Assembly: GCF_025526975.1 (NCBI RefSeq)
Contig: NW_026515693.1
Coordinates: forward strand, 310,001-374,000
DNA length: 64,000 nt
Reading direction: 5' to 3'
Origin: Fimicolochytrium jonesii
Lineage: Eukaryota
Under the pieces are notes generated by a model. It saw only the letters and a program-made list of their open reading frames with translations. It ran no database searches and was not told where the DNA came from. Positions within the stretch are counted from its first letter, which is position 1, and every line of letters begins with the position of its first letter. Below are positions 1-13,087 of the stretch, in pieces. A program made the translations under genes and the position numbers.

Positions 1-1970
1 CATTTACATATCACTTTGACGATGCATTGATTGGCGGGTAACATATTAGCATATGCAGCTCAAAGCATCAAGGACCTTTCTTTGCCATCTCTATCAGCTT
101 CTTTGGCCAGATTGGGGCGTCAGGCGCTACTGAACTTATCGCATCAAGACTCAAGACAGGATTTCGTCAGTGACACGGCCACGAGGAGGAAACGGATTAC
201 TAGTTAAAAGCTGTTGAAGTCCTTTCTACAGGGGCTGACTGTGATAGGGACAGTACGCGCAAGTCCTCAGTGGGAGTCTTCTATGCACTAAACGAGAACG
301 AACTGCAATGATACGCCGGATCCTCGTTACGGTCCCAGTAAACAGGGTGACGTGAAGAGCCACGACGGGGGCCTGAAGGGCCGGCCCTGAGGGAAGGTCT
401 TAGGATGTGTTAGTCGTTCAATCATGCGCCAGTGTTTCCGAAAAGGTGCCAGTAGCGTAGGCTCCTCAGTTGCGATGAAGCCACTCCATATGTGCGTAAA
501 TCGGTGGCAGAACCTTAATCACGTCTTGCAGTGCAGTGGCCTCCTAATCGATTTGGAGGAAAGGACCACTCCATTTCGATTCGATCTCGTCCGGATAGTC
601 GCCTGCCCAAACTTGCAGGTCGATGTCAATGTAACCGGACACCGCCGCTCACTCCAATTCCTTCAGTGTCTTACCATGCACTTGTTTGTTATAGACCGGA
701 AACTTTCCGGCGGTTCCTGCTGAAAGCAAAGCGCCGCAAGCCATTTTCTCACGAAAGGGGTCCTCCTCTGCTCTGGCTTGCGGAACGCCCTTGCCAAGGT
801 AGCCTCGTAAACGGACACTAAAGACCCACCGTCAATCATGGCGGGAACGAACTGTGACAATATGCACCACACTTCGAGGTTCGTGAAGCGACCATCCAGC
901 TGTGGACTTATCCGCAGATCAGGACACCGGCCCAGCAATACACGCAGGGATCGATTCCGCTTAACCGATATTGATTCTCCATCGTTCTCATGGCGCTTTT
1001 CAACTCATTTAGAGCGAGCCTCGACGCCGCATATTCGATCGTGTCCCTGATTGCATTGGGATAGTGTGCGGAGAGTAGAGCATCTTTCGCGGCTCTACTC
1101 CTTGGACGGTGTTCACGGCCTGCCGATTTATCTGATCCGGCGGATCGCTGACCTCCGGTGCGCGATCTGCTCGACCTTCCGTTTCGGCCTTCATGGTGGC
1201 GATGTCCGCTTCCAGGATTTCGATCTCAGTGCCCTGAGATTCACTGTGTCGGCAAGTCACTGCATTTGCTCTCTGAGGTGCGCATGACTGCGTCTGCCAG
1301 TAGGTTCGCACGCTTCGCTGGATGCGTCTACTCCTTGTTACTCGGACATCGGTCATCGGCTAACGTCGCTGCGGTATGATTCAGGCCGGACGACGACTGG
1401 TTCGACCGCCACAGCTGGTCGCTTCTCTCGGTGCGCCATCCTTCACGTCCGTAGCAAGCATTGGGAAAGTCGAGCCCTGTTCCCACGGCCCCAGGAAAAT
1501 CGGACTGCGAATCGGACTTGATGCGAATCGGACTTTGCACATGAGGCTTGAGCTGCGACAGCGAGAAGAATTTTCGACATCAGAGCTGATTTTTGGCGGA
1601 CGCCTGTGAATGCACAAAGAAGCGCTCTTGTCCGGAAATCACCAAACTTCTTTGCTACTATGTACAGCATGTATGGCTACCAAAACTATCAAGAGCTACG
1701 CCGTTTCTTTCGTTTTTCTTTCCATAGCACAGGCGGGTGAGGGTACATATGCACACCGCTATCTTGAATGCAACAAATCGAACTTGAGATACTCTTCGCT
1801 TCCCCGGCGCTGTGAAGGCGCTAATTTTCGCTACCAGTGCGGGTAATTCTCGCAACACCGCAATCCCGCACAACGAGATAACCTCCCCCAAATCAACTTC
1901 CCTTACGTTTGGCGAGATAGCGGATTCGTGATTTCAATCAGTATATAATCCCCACGGTACAGCTGCGTGT

Positions 1971-3728
1971 TCAGCCAGACTTGATTCGATCATGGGTGGC
2001 GACGAACCCACGCAATTCGGACGCTCCGACAGGATCCTTTGCATAATCCACTTGGCATAGGAAGCATAACTGCTTCTCGCAGATGAGATAGATTCGCACT
2101 GCGGTATGGGTGCAGATGACCAAGTACGCATCCGCGACGATCGCCATCGCGAAGCGATAGTATGGATCGCACGCAGCTTCTGCACCTTCGATCCAGCTGC
2201 TGCGGCTTGAACGAACGGGGAAACGCAATAACTGCGAGACGGACCCGTCGCTAACGTCCATCACTTGCACGAGGCCTAGGTCCGAGTCTACGCCCGAGAA
2301 GAAGGCGAGATTTCCGCTGCTGCAGGAGGGAGGATTTTCTGAGGACCACGAGTTTGTCACATGATGGAAGGGACGTTACTGCTCTGGCGGGGGTACGTTC
2401 CAGGGGGGGTTTTTCGCAAACCATTGCTTCTGACGAGTGTGTTTGCTGATGCAAGATACGAAGGATGAGAATTCGTCGGGATAGTCATAGTCGTCCGTGT
2501 GATAGTCGGCCGTTCCATGCGGTCCATAGATGAGAAGGCGCTCCTCGGTTTGAACTACCATCTCTATTGTGCCGTCAACGAAGTCGAGGGATCGCCGGTC
2601 GGCCGTGGCGATGGGCCCGGATTCTTCTTGTTCGGCATCATTGAGTATCTTGTCACCATTCCTTACGACGCCGAAGTGACCCCTATCCGCCAAAGGGAAA
2701 ATAAGAATGCCATGGGAGTGCAGATCAAGATCTTTGATCCAGTACCCAGTGCGAAGGTTGAACAACCGCAACTCGTCATTTCTGCCCGGCGCAATGAAAT
2801 GGTGCCCCGATATCACCCCCTTTGCCGCCATAATGGGCAAGTCCCATTCGAACTCCCGCATCACCTTGATTGTCCACAGGTGCTTGTAAGGAGCTTGGGC
2901 ACTCCAAACGATATAGAAAGAAGGAAGTACGATTGTCAGTGCGAGTGAGAGAGAGGGAGTGCGAGTCCGATCACTGCATTCCGATGTCTTTGTCTGATCA
3001 TGAAAGCGTGGGCCTGTGAACAACGCTGCATCCAAGTCCGCGGGAGCAGGATCCTGGCCCTCGATAACCATGACAATATACGTGTCGCTGGCGGCGAAAG
3101 AAAGACTGCTTGCGTACAACCCCATATTGTCAAGGAGTTGCGTTTTCTGCGCCGCCAGCCTCCGCTCCATCAAGTTGACAGGACCGCCTGGAACATAGGT
3201 GATGACTCGATCGCGATCTTGAAACACTACGACGTATCGAGTCGCGTATTCATCAACGTCCGGCCAGACGTCCACCAGCCGGCTTCGTACTTGTACCGGC
3301 GACTTTTCCGACCACCTGCCCAGAAAAAGCTCGGCCCCAACGGCATGTCGATACCAGTTGCACGGGGGGTCGAAGAACGGCAGCTCGTACTGCTTTTCTA
3401 GGCGGTCGACCTGCGCTGCCGGGATGCGCGGTGCGCCGACGCTAGGAGTGAGGTATCCAAGGGTACCCGCATCAGGCGAGGGACCAGCCGGCGGGACCGT
3501 CGAAGAGCTATCGAAAACTCTTCGCCAGAGCAAGTCGTCGTCCTTGAGCAAGTGGTGGAGCGCGCGGGAAGCAAGGCTCAGACGACGAACAGAGGCTGCG
3601 TCGAGGTGGTCGGCTATGAACAGCGCGCAAACCGACACGACGTCAATAATAGTCGGATTGGCGGTTCCGCCACTCCGAAGCGTGACTAGCAGGCGCTCGT
3701 CTCTCGCAAGTTGTGGTTCCACGGACAT
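1971..3728 (-). CDS. F-box domain protein with a beta-rich C-terminal region; 3' end uncertain
   Basis: ORF 2376..3989 contains an F-box-like segment (ALFIADHLDAASVRRLSLASRALHHLLKDDDLLWRRVF). The first ATG in good context is at 3728. The same frame resumes after a TAA at 2376-2378 (ORF 1971..2360). Confidence 0.6.
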
Positions 3729-4292
3729 ATTTTGTTCTAGTGGACGTAGGGATGCTGTGGTGTTGGAAAAGTGACCGGAAAGCACTTGTCCTTTCCCAAG
3801 GGTGACTGCTTGGGCGTTCGGGCTCAGGCAAAAACCGAGTTCGAGCTGACTGTAAGGCGATCGTTCCTCGCAACTGATATTTTGTATGTTTATGAGTGCT
3901 GGCGCAAAAGAAGGGTTCACATCGCAGGCTTCGACCCGCTGTCGTCCCTTGCAATTGATAATTGTTTGGATATGAGTGCTGGAGCACACGAGGGCTCGCG
4001 GCGCACGCTTCGACCCTCTTTTAGTCCTTTTCGTCCGTTGCCTGCGGTTTTGGCTCTTTAGCGAGTAGATGGGAATTCGAAGTTGCCGAAATGCCAGTCG
4101 GCCCGGCCCCCGCAGAATGTTTCAAGCCCGTCTCTTTGACGGGTTTCGACAGCGCGTCTCTCAACAGGAGAACACGCCCAGTTGTTGAGCTTTTCACTCG
4201 GTCTGCGACTCGCACTTTCCGTAAAAGCTGATTTGCGATCGCGATTGACATGACATCGTGAAGGCAACCAACTTCCATCTCATCGCAGGCCG

Positions 4293-5552
4293 ATGCCGCT
4301 CTCGCCCCAGGCGACCGGATCCTCCCTCGATGTGGAACATTTCCTCGTGAGGTTCGGAGGACCGGGTGAGCCGCCACTCCCCTCCTACGAAGACTTTCAC
4401 ACCAACTACATGGCCAAGAACCGTCTTTGCGTCTTCTCATATCCGCTTGAACCCGCGTTTACCGAGTGGACGCTTGAGGACGCCGAGTCCGAGGGCGTGC
4501 AGGATGCGGTAGCAGGGCGGCGAGGAACGCGGCGACCGAACTATGATCTCTTAGCACGGCGGTACGGGGACATAGAGGTTCAGCCAGCCGGCACCACCCC
4601 ATCAACATTCCGCCACTTCCTCCATGGTATGCAAAACGGCGAGCAAATCTACCTCCGCGACTGGCATCTCGTCTCCCATCTCCGCTCCACCGGAAACCAT
4701 CAAAAACCGTACACAACACCCCTCTGGTTCAAAGACGACTGGCTCAACGCATTCCTCGACAGCGAGAACACGGACCCAGCTTCGCGTAGCGACGACTACC
4801 GCTTCGTCTACATGGGCGCCTCAGGCACATCCACTTTGTTACACGTCGATGTCTTCAACAGCTACTCATGGTCAGCCAACATCTGCGGGACGAAGAAATG
4901 GACGTTTTTCCCGCCGGAGCAGACTCGGTACCTCACCAACGCGAGGGGGGAGACCATCACGGATCTGCGGGATGTGACACCCGACGAGCATCCACAGTAC
5001 TTTGAAAACGCGACACCGGTTGTGATCCATCAGCATGCAGGGGAATTGATCTTCGTCCCCTCCAGCTGGTGGCACCAGGTTGAGAACATCGGGGAGACGA
5101 TGTCGATCAACCATAATTGGTGCAATGCGACCAACTTGCCAAACATCTTTGAGAACCTGGCATCGGATTTGGCGTACATTCGGGAAGCTATCGCGGAGCA
5201 TAGGGAGCAGATGGGCGAGAGGGAGTGGGGTGAGCATTGTCAGTTGATGTTGAAGGCGAATAATGCGGGGTTTGGGTATCGGATGCTCGGGCGGTTTTGG
5301 AGGTTCCATGCTCGGCGCTTGCTGGGTTTGATTGGACGGGGGACTGGCGATGGAGAGCTGGATGAGCACGCGAGTGATACTGATAGTGCCCCGTGGTTGA
5401 AACCCAAGCTCTTGATCGAGTCGTTGGCGGTGTTGAACGACGTCTGGCAGCTTTGGACAAGGGACGAATGGGTCCTATCCATACTCGAAGACGAGGATGC
5501 TGCACTGTCCGAACACATGCAAACAATACTGGCTCCCACCGTCGCTTCTTAG
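4293..5552 (+). CDS. JMJD4: JmjC 2-oxoglutarate/Fe(II) oxygenase, JMJD4-like
   Basis: Motifs YLRDWHL, DDWLN, DYRFVYMG, HVDVFNSYSWSANICGTKKW and FVPSSWWHQVEN supply the HxD...H triad. Intronless 419 aa ORF. Confidence 0.9.
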   Translation: MPLSPQATGSSLDVEHFLVRFGGPGEPPLPSYEDFHTNYMAKNRLCVFSYPLEPAFTEWTLEDAESEGVQDAVAGRRGTRRPNYDLLARRYGDIEVQPAGTTPSTFRHFLHGMQNGEQIYLRDWHLVSHLRSTGNHQKPYTTPLWFKDDWLNAFLDSENTDPASRSDDYRFVYMGASGTSTLLHVDVFNSYSWSANICGTKKWTFFPPEQTRYLTNARGETITDLRDVTPDEHPQYFENATPVVIHQHAGELIFVPSSWWHQVENIGETMSINHNWCNATNLPNIFENLASDLAYIREAIAEHREQMGEREWGEHCQLMLKANNAGFGYRMLGRFWRFHARRLLGLIGRGTGDGELDEHASDTDSAPWLKPKLLIESLAVLNDVWQLWTRDEWVLSILEDEDAALSEHMQTILAPTVAS

Positions 5553-5823
5553 GTTAGCACATAGACTTTAGAATAGGCGACTTGCAATATACCATGGTTC
5601 TTTCTAGCATCGAAAATCAAGTCTGACCCAAAACATCGAATTCAATCAGCGATGATGCGTGGACGAATGGATTGGACGAGACACTGTTCTAGCACGTAGC
5701 AAAGAATGAACTCCCTACATCATTCACTACCACTCTACAATGCAAGTTTTTCGTGTGATGTACAGCTAAAGAACACGCTTCCCTCTGCAGCCAAATGCTA
5801 TCTAAGACCTATGTAAACCCATC

Positions 5824-8812
5824 TCAAGCAACAACGGCCTCAGCACCCGCCACCGCCAACTTTCCCTTCTCCGTACCCGCCAGCAGATCATACAAAACCT
5901 TCGGGGCGCGGCGTTTGGCGCCGAGCGCGTCCTCGCAGGCGTGCGCGAGGCGGAGGAGGGTTGCTTCGTCCCACCTAGTGTGTTTTGTAGAGGGAAAGAG
6001 TTGAGACGTCGGGATAATAGGTGAATTGCGTTGGGATGAAGGCACACGGGGGGTGGAACGACAGAAGGGACATTGGTTAGTCACCGGAACCTGCCGCTGA
6101 TATCAACGGCAAAAACGCGTACCATTTAGCCTGGAACTGCAACCCAATAGGCAATTCGGCGCTGGAGTCGCCTCGCGGATCGGCCGGGCCGTATCCAACG
6201 GGGACGGTGACGGCGGGGATGCCGAGCAGGTTTGCAATGACTTTAAGGGGTCGAGCGAGAGTAACCGTTCAGTCCACAAAAGCCACCCAGTTTTCTCAAA
6301 CCATCACAGAAGTTTGCACTGTCATCCCACTTACAAATAAACCGCATAGCCTTCCCACTCGTCGTATAATCGCTGAACCCAGCAGCGGCTTTGACGACGG
6401 CGGGCGGGATGTACGGCGCGGTGATCCCCGTCGACGGCGTTGCGATCACGTCCACTTTCGCAAAGATCTCGCGGAGGGAGGCGATGCCGCGCGTTTTGGC
6501 GCGCGCGGCTTGGATGTAGTCCTATGAGGGGGCGGGTGCGTTAAGTGTTTTCGAGCACCCATAGCACAATGATACCACAACGGCGCGATTCAACTGTAGT
6601 AGCTTACAGTCGAAGTCAGCTGCGACTCAAACACCGCCAACCCCGTTCGTGTAGGATACGAGAACCCACTACGAGGGAATCCGCTCGTCGAAGCAAGCAT
6701 CTCGCACGCGATCGTATCGCTGTGTGCGACTCGGAGGAGTTCTAGGTCCGGGATGGGCACCTCGATGATCTCGGCTCCTCGTGTTCTGTGATTGCACGCC
6801 AAGTAGAGATGTTGAATGCGTCAGGGGTACATCAAAGGCATTCTCGCATTTGGACAACTTACACAAGCTCAGCAAGCATCTCTCGGCACGCCTTGACAAT
6901 CGCCGGGTCGGCATCCTCAAAGTACGGCGTGTAGACGCCAATCTTCAGGCCCTTCAGCGACGAAACTTCAGCGAAACCTTTCAGATGTGCGACAGGTTGC
7001 CGAATCGTGTTGACGTCCTATGTGCGTTCCTTATGTCAGCGAACTATGCTGGCAGTGGCGCGAACGTGGAGGGACCTTTTGAAAGCTCACCTCAGAATCG
7101 GGTCCGGCCATGAGGGCGTACTAGATGCAAGATGGACTCGTTTGTGAGATCTCTGGCCGTAAGTTTTCCAGATCTTGACATTGATGCGCGTCGGGAACTC
7201 ACCCCAATAGCAAGATCAGCGGCAGTCGCCGCGATAGGCCCAGCAACGGCAACGGTCGGAGCTAGCGGGAACGCGCCCGTCTCGCTGATCCGACCCGTAG
7301 TGGGTTTGAGACCGAACAGGCCACAGTACGCGGCAGGGATCCGGATCGAGCCTCCTCCATCTGTATTCGATCGTCGTGAGTTCAACCCCCGGCCTACATT
7401 TTATCTTGCACACGTTTCCACACCCCCGTCACTCACCGCACCCAACAGCAATGGGACACAACCCCGCAGCGACAGCCGCCGCGGACCCACCCGACGACCC
7501 CCCCGGGAAATGGTGCACATTATACGGGTTCCGCGCGGTGCCCGTCGTCGGATTACAGTTCGTCACGTCCAGTCCGATTTCATGCATGTTGGCCTTGCCG
7601 ATGATTAGCGCGCCGGCTTGTCGGAGTTTTGAGATGCAGAAGGCGTCGCGGGTTGGGTTGATGGATATTATGGACGTTCCCACGTCTGTGAATGTGAGGT
7701 GGTTAGAGGCGTTGATGTTTTGGTGATGGAATGAATGCGTGCTTTGTGGGTTGGGCTTGGTACGTACTGGTTTCGTAGGGAAGGGTGTCGAGTTCATCTT
7801 TCACCGCTGCGGAGGTTATGATGCACAGTCAGGATATCTTCCCGCTTCGCACTCTCGACCACTATTCTGAGTTTGAACGGGAGTCCTGGATCCACATACC
7901 GACAGGGACACCATCCAGAACTGACAACGTTTTGCCCGCGGCATGTCGCTCTTGAGAAGCTGCATGTACAATTTCGAGTCAGCCCAAAAAGTCCGCTCCG
8001 CCGCCCCAGCCGGTGAGTAGCACAACACGAGACGTTACCACGAGCTTGCTCCAAAACATCTTCCCGCTGCGACTTGATGATGGCCAGCAGCGGCAACCCG
8101 TTTGCGTCGTCATTGCTCGCCTCGATGGCTTTGAGGACCGCTTCGGCGACCTGGCGCATTCGGTCAAACGTTTGCTCGCATCAGGCACACTTCCCACAAG
8201 AGGCTTCCTCATCCACCCGTCACACATGATAACTTCAACAGCATCAACCAGCCAAACCCACCTCAATAACCGACACCCCCCTCTCATAAGCCCTCACAAA
8301 ATCCCCCACAGACCTAAACACCCTCCCCCCCACCCTCACACCCCCCGCAGGGGCGGCAACGTCCCTCAACCCCTTCTCCCCAATCTCGTCCTCCTCCTCC
8401 CCCTCATACTCAACCAACGGATAATAAGTCGGCGCGTCCAACAGGTGCTTGTCGCGCAGGTAGAAGAGGTTACTGTCGCGCGCGATTTTGCGGGCGATGC
8501 CGAAGGAGCCGAGGTATTCGATCAGGTGGGTTAGGAGGCGGAGGGGGAGGCCTGAGACTGAGGCTGCGGGGGTTGGGAGGGATAGGTTAGGCTGCCGTTC
8601 TTTGAGGGTTGGGGAGCCCTGCCTGGGCCCCGGCAAAAGAGAATCATTCCTCTCCCTTCGAGACTTACGACTTTTGAACGAATGGATGAAATAGCCGCCT
8701 CCCTCGGGTGTGATCTATAACGGAAAAAAAATCGTCCCAAGATGAGAAGAAGTGCCGTCAATTTACGTGCCGACAGAAAGTGACAGAAACTAACCTCGTT
8801 TGAGGCGGGCAT
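5824..8812 (-). CDS. Amidase-signature family enzyme (fatty acid amide hydrolase-like), multi-exon
   Basis: Exons encode [52 protein letters not shown] and [10 protein letters not shown]. The ATG at 8812 is followed by a GTTAGT donor. Confidence 0.88.
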
Positions 8813-9278
8813 GTCCGAGTCTTTCTGCCCTGGACTGGTATTGACTATATATTGTCTAGGTGCTTACTGCCTGTGTCTGCGTCCGGGGATGGCGGCACGA
8901 GGGTTTATATACGCAGCGCACGAGGCTTTTGCCACGGGCGCAACGGGCAGAGAAAAGTTGGGAGGTGGTGACAGCGTGACCCCGCACGAGCCCGCGGCCT
9001 TTCTTACGCGGCCTCCTCCTTTGATATCCCACACAGAGAGCTGAGAGAAGTCGTTATGGAGGAGGCTTCGGCCTCGGGAATACCACCACAGGCACCTCAG
9101 TGTTCTACGCACTTGTCGCCGTAAAGTGTTTGGTTTGCTTATAGTGTTTGGTTTTTGGTTGTATGATTTACACAGAAAATGAGGATGGCGACAGAGAGAG
9201 GGTTGGAGAGATACCAGAATGATACCACAAGTGCCTCATCGAACGACCATCAAAAGCTTATACAGATCGCCTCTACAT

Positions 9279-9727
9279 TCAAAGCACACCAGCACTGCCC
9301 AGCTCCTTGAACCCTTGCGTGCAACGAGCAATCATCCCCTTCTCGGCCTCCCTAATAAACACACGCGGGTCGTAGTACTTCTTGTTGGGCTTGTCCTCGC
9401 CTTCGGGGTTACCGATCTGGGTCTGGAGGTAGGCCTTCTTGGACTCGTAGAACTTGCGCAGACCGTCCCAGTAGGCCCATTGGGTGTCTGTGTCGATGTT
9501 CATCTGCGTAAATTGCGAGAGAAAGGATAATTTAGTATGACCAAGATGTGATGGAGTTTCATGGAGAGCAAGGACATACCTTGATGACACCGAATCCGAC
9601 GGCAGTCTTGATTTCCTGAGCGGTAGATCCAGATCCACCGTGGAAGACGAACCACACGGGCTTGTCGCTCTTCGCCTTGAGCTGCTCCTTGACGTGAGCC
9701 TGGTGCTTGCCCAACAACTCAGGGTGA

Positions 9728-9765
<38 letters not shown>

Positions 9766-10811
9766 TCCGAAAGCGGCGGCGATGGTGAAGAAGTCGGTGA
9801 TCTCGGTGAACTCGCGGTAGATGTCCCAGATGTCCTCGGGTTGGGTGTAGAGGGAGTTGTTGTCCACGTCCTCGTTGTTGACACCGTCTTCCTCGCCACC
9901 GGTGATTCCAATCTCCATCTCCAAGAGGCAGTTGATGGCGTGCATGCGCTTGAGGTACTTTTTGCAGGTCTGGATGTTTTCCTCCTTGGACTCCTCGCTC
10001 AGGTCCAACATGTGCGAAGAGAACAGTGGCTCGCCGTGAGTTTTGAAGTAAGCCTCGTCAGCCTCGAGCATGCCGTCGAACCAAGGCAGAAGCTTGTGCG
10101 CGCAGTGGTCGCTGTGGACTAATTATTACGAGATTGAAATTGTAAGTAAACAAGTAGGCGATGAGATGACGATCGTTGGGATGTCCATGAAATGGACGTT
10201 GGGATGGAAGGATACGCTGCTCGCTCCGCACGCGAAGGCGTTCGCCCTGGTCGACCTCGCTAACGCTCGTGTTCCCATCGCAAACCATGGCTCGCCTAGG
10301 TCTCGCCAGCCTCAAGCAACCCTGCGCCTCGCTTCGCTCGTCGCGGTCTGACTCCCTTGCGCGAATCAACGCTGCTCGCTATCGCTCGCTGGTTCAGATA
10401 CTCACTAACAACGGGAATGCCGTAGGACTTCGCAACAGTCCTGATATAATGGGCTCCAGCCACAGATCCCAGAATACTGGCTTCCTGGTTCTTGTTCTCC
10501 AATCCCTTCCCAGCAAAGAAAGCGCCACCACCGTTCGAGAACTGAATAATGACAGGCGATTTCGCATCCCTTGCAGCCTCAAGCGCAGCGTTAACGGTGG
10601 AGGTGGAGGTGCAGTTGAAGGCGGGGATGGCGAAACCGTGGTCGCGGGCGTAGTTCAAGAGTTTCCTAAAAAAAGAAAGGGAGTGGGAGAGTTAGATGGG
10701 ATGCGTTTTGAACAGTGTGAGATCGGGAGGTTGGGGTGAGAGATCCTTCTCCTACCTGAGGTTGTCGCCAGTGACGACACCAGCGGGAACGACGGAGAGA
10801 AGACCGGCCAT
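9279..10811 (-). CDS. FBA1: Fructose-bisphosphate aldolase class II, 4 exons
   Basis: Encodes GVVTGDNLR, FAIPAFN, HSDHC, FSSHMLDLSEE, LEMEIGITGGEEDGV, VFHGGSGS and KPNKKYYDPR. Intron 2 is 10119-10405. Confidence 0.97.
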
Positions 10812-13087
10812 GTTTTGGCTATGAGTGTTTTGAGAAGGGGGGGTTGAGTGTGTTGTGGGTAGTGGGATAGATGGAGGGGGGTTGTTCTCAGCGAGCGAGC
10901 AGGAAGGAAGGCTTGTTTTATGAGAGCGTCCCAAGCCCTAGTAATGATCGATGTCTCCTTTCCTGCGTGAATCGATGATGCTCGCAGCGGTGAGTCACGC
11001 GGACGCGTCTCTCGTGCGCTTGCCCCTCCCGCAGACTCCCGCCCCGGCTTCTTCCGACATTGACAGGCCGGCGGACTTTGACGGCATTCACTTTCCTACC
11101 TGGGCCTGAATCATCATCCTTTGCGAGATACCTTATTGCCGTCGTCGTTGATTCCTGGCATGGCACAAATGTAGCAGTTCGCAGTTGCTGTGCTTCGTCC
11201 ATGCGCTGCCACGGGCGTTGTCCTATCTTTAAAATTTACGTTCACATATTTCGCCCATTTCACGACCCTTCGCGCATCCACGTCTGTTCCGGTCATCGCT
11301 CGCGATATCGCACCTGCGAAAGCTTTTTGGTAGCCCCACCTTTTCCATCCCTACTTCTTCCTCGATTATTATGTCCTTCTTGGGTCACACATCCGCATCT
11401 GTCGACGACATACCGCTGCCTCGTTGGGAATTCACGCTGGCAATTGTTTCTGGCAAACGCTCGTCTACGTTCATCCCTACATCTGTCTCGGGGTTTGTCC
11501 TCTTGGAACCTTTCCGCAGTCAGCGTTCGCTGTATCCTCGTCTCAACGAGTGGGGCAATGTTGCCAAGCTCCATGTACTGCCAAGATGCTTCCGTGACTA
11601 ACACACCCACATTGGCCCCGAACGGACTTCTTTTTGCTAGGGGATGGCCATTTTCCTTCTTCGATCTCGCTGATTGTGTCTCAGATTCTCAGAGTCATTG
11701 AATGTAGCTCTGCCCGAAAGCTGTTTTTATTGTTTTGCAAGCCTGATATTCGATAGGTTTGCAACTTTTTGAACTTCAACTCCTTTTGCCTTCCGGCTTC
11801 CGGATTGTCGATGCTTGGTAAAAGGATTAGAAGACGGTCGTTTGCCGTAGTCGGCGGTTCGCATGTCGCGTACGGCGCACTCTGAGTTAATGATTATACC
11901 TATCTCTTTGGTGTGTGACACGAGTCGACCTACTCCTCTCACATTGTCCCGCCGCGTGCGTCGCTCCTCAATGCATTTTCCACCGGATATGGTCGTGGTT
12001 CCATCTTCCATCTCGAAAGCATTTCGTTTCATTTCCCGCATGGCTTATGCAATCAACGCAACCGCGGGGTCTCCTATGTACCTCGCGAGCCTGCCATGAA
12101 ATTCGCTAAAAAAACGTGTTGACATCCTCTTTCAACTGTGCGCCTTTAATCCGATTACCAATGGAAGCCGGTTGCATGTCGCCTCAGATCTGGCGCGCGT
12201 TTTGACGAGTGGTTGTATCTGAGCGGAAACTCAATTTGTGCGGGGGCTTTGCAGTTCGCCAACGTGGGATGCCGGAAAGTGATAGCGATGGAACTCCTTG
12301 ACTTCTACACTAATGTAGCATTGTTGTGGAGGACGCTATATATGTAGCTGCCATCTAGTAGGATGACGATGTGGGATCTTTATGTGTAGCCGACAAAAGG
12401 GAGGGTTGGGAGAAGGAAATGAGCGCCCTTTTCAAACGCGCCAGGTGGAAGTCCAGTTGCCGTCTGGTTATGTCATCAGGTTGAAAGCGCGGCGTGTACG
12501 TAAGCAGCGACTTACGACGGCAATAAGCGGGCGGAGCACCATGCGAATTAATTTGGGAGGTTAAACACGGTGTTCGAACGGGTCGCAACAGTTCGCGAGT
12601 GTTCGTTTGATGACGGGAGCCCTGTCGCCCTCCTCCTGTAAGTTCTCACCCCCTCCCTCCGGAAAACTCTTTTGGGCCCACCCAAGCATCCCCCCCCACA
12701 AGCACTTCCCGCCGTCTCAGCCGCTTCTCTCTGTCTATCTATTCATTCGTCGCACGCTACCCACTCGCTGCCCTCACTCGCTGCCAGAACCCATACCCGC
12801 CGCCCGCTTCCTCCTGCCCGGCCCGTCCTCTCCCGTCCTCTCCAGCTAGTGCATTCCTCGGTGTCGCACCGCACTCGCAAGTCACCGGGCACTCAGAGAC
12901 CATATATACCTACCTCCTTCCCCAACGTTGTTGTTCGGCCCGCTGGAACCCCTCTCGCACGCTGCTGCCACATACATAGCAGCCGCAAACCGTCCTTGCA
13001 CTCCCGTCTCCGTTCTCGAAAATTGGGGACGTCGCAACTCCCCAGCGACGAAAGCAAGCGTGGGATCCCACTCACCTGTCCGCAACA

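Noticed and set aside
1..1900. Possible decayed gene on the minus strand and a small GCGAATCGGACT repeat near 1500-1535
   Set aside because: Multiple stops and no recognisable motif, so no product can be supported.
11060..12600. 213-aa and shorter ORFs between FBA1 and CTI6
   Set aside because: No domain signal or coding-like composition; treated as divergent intergenic DNA.
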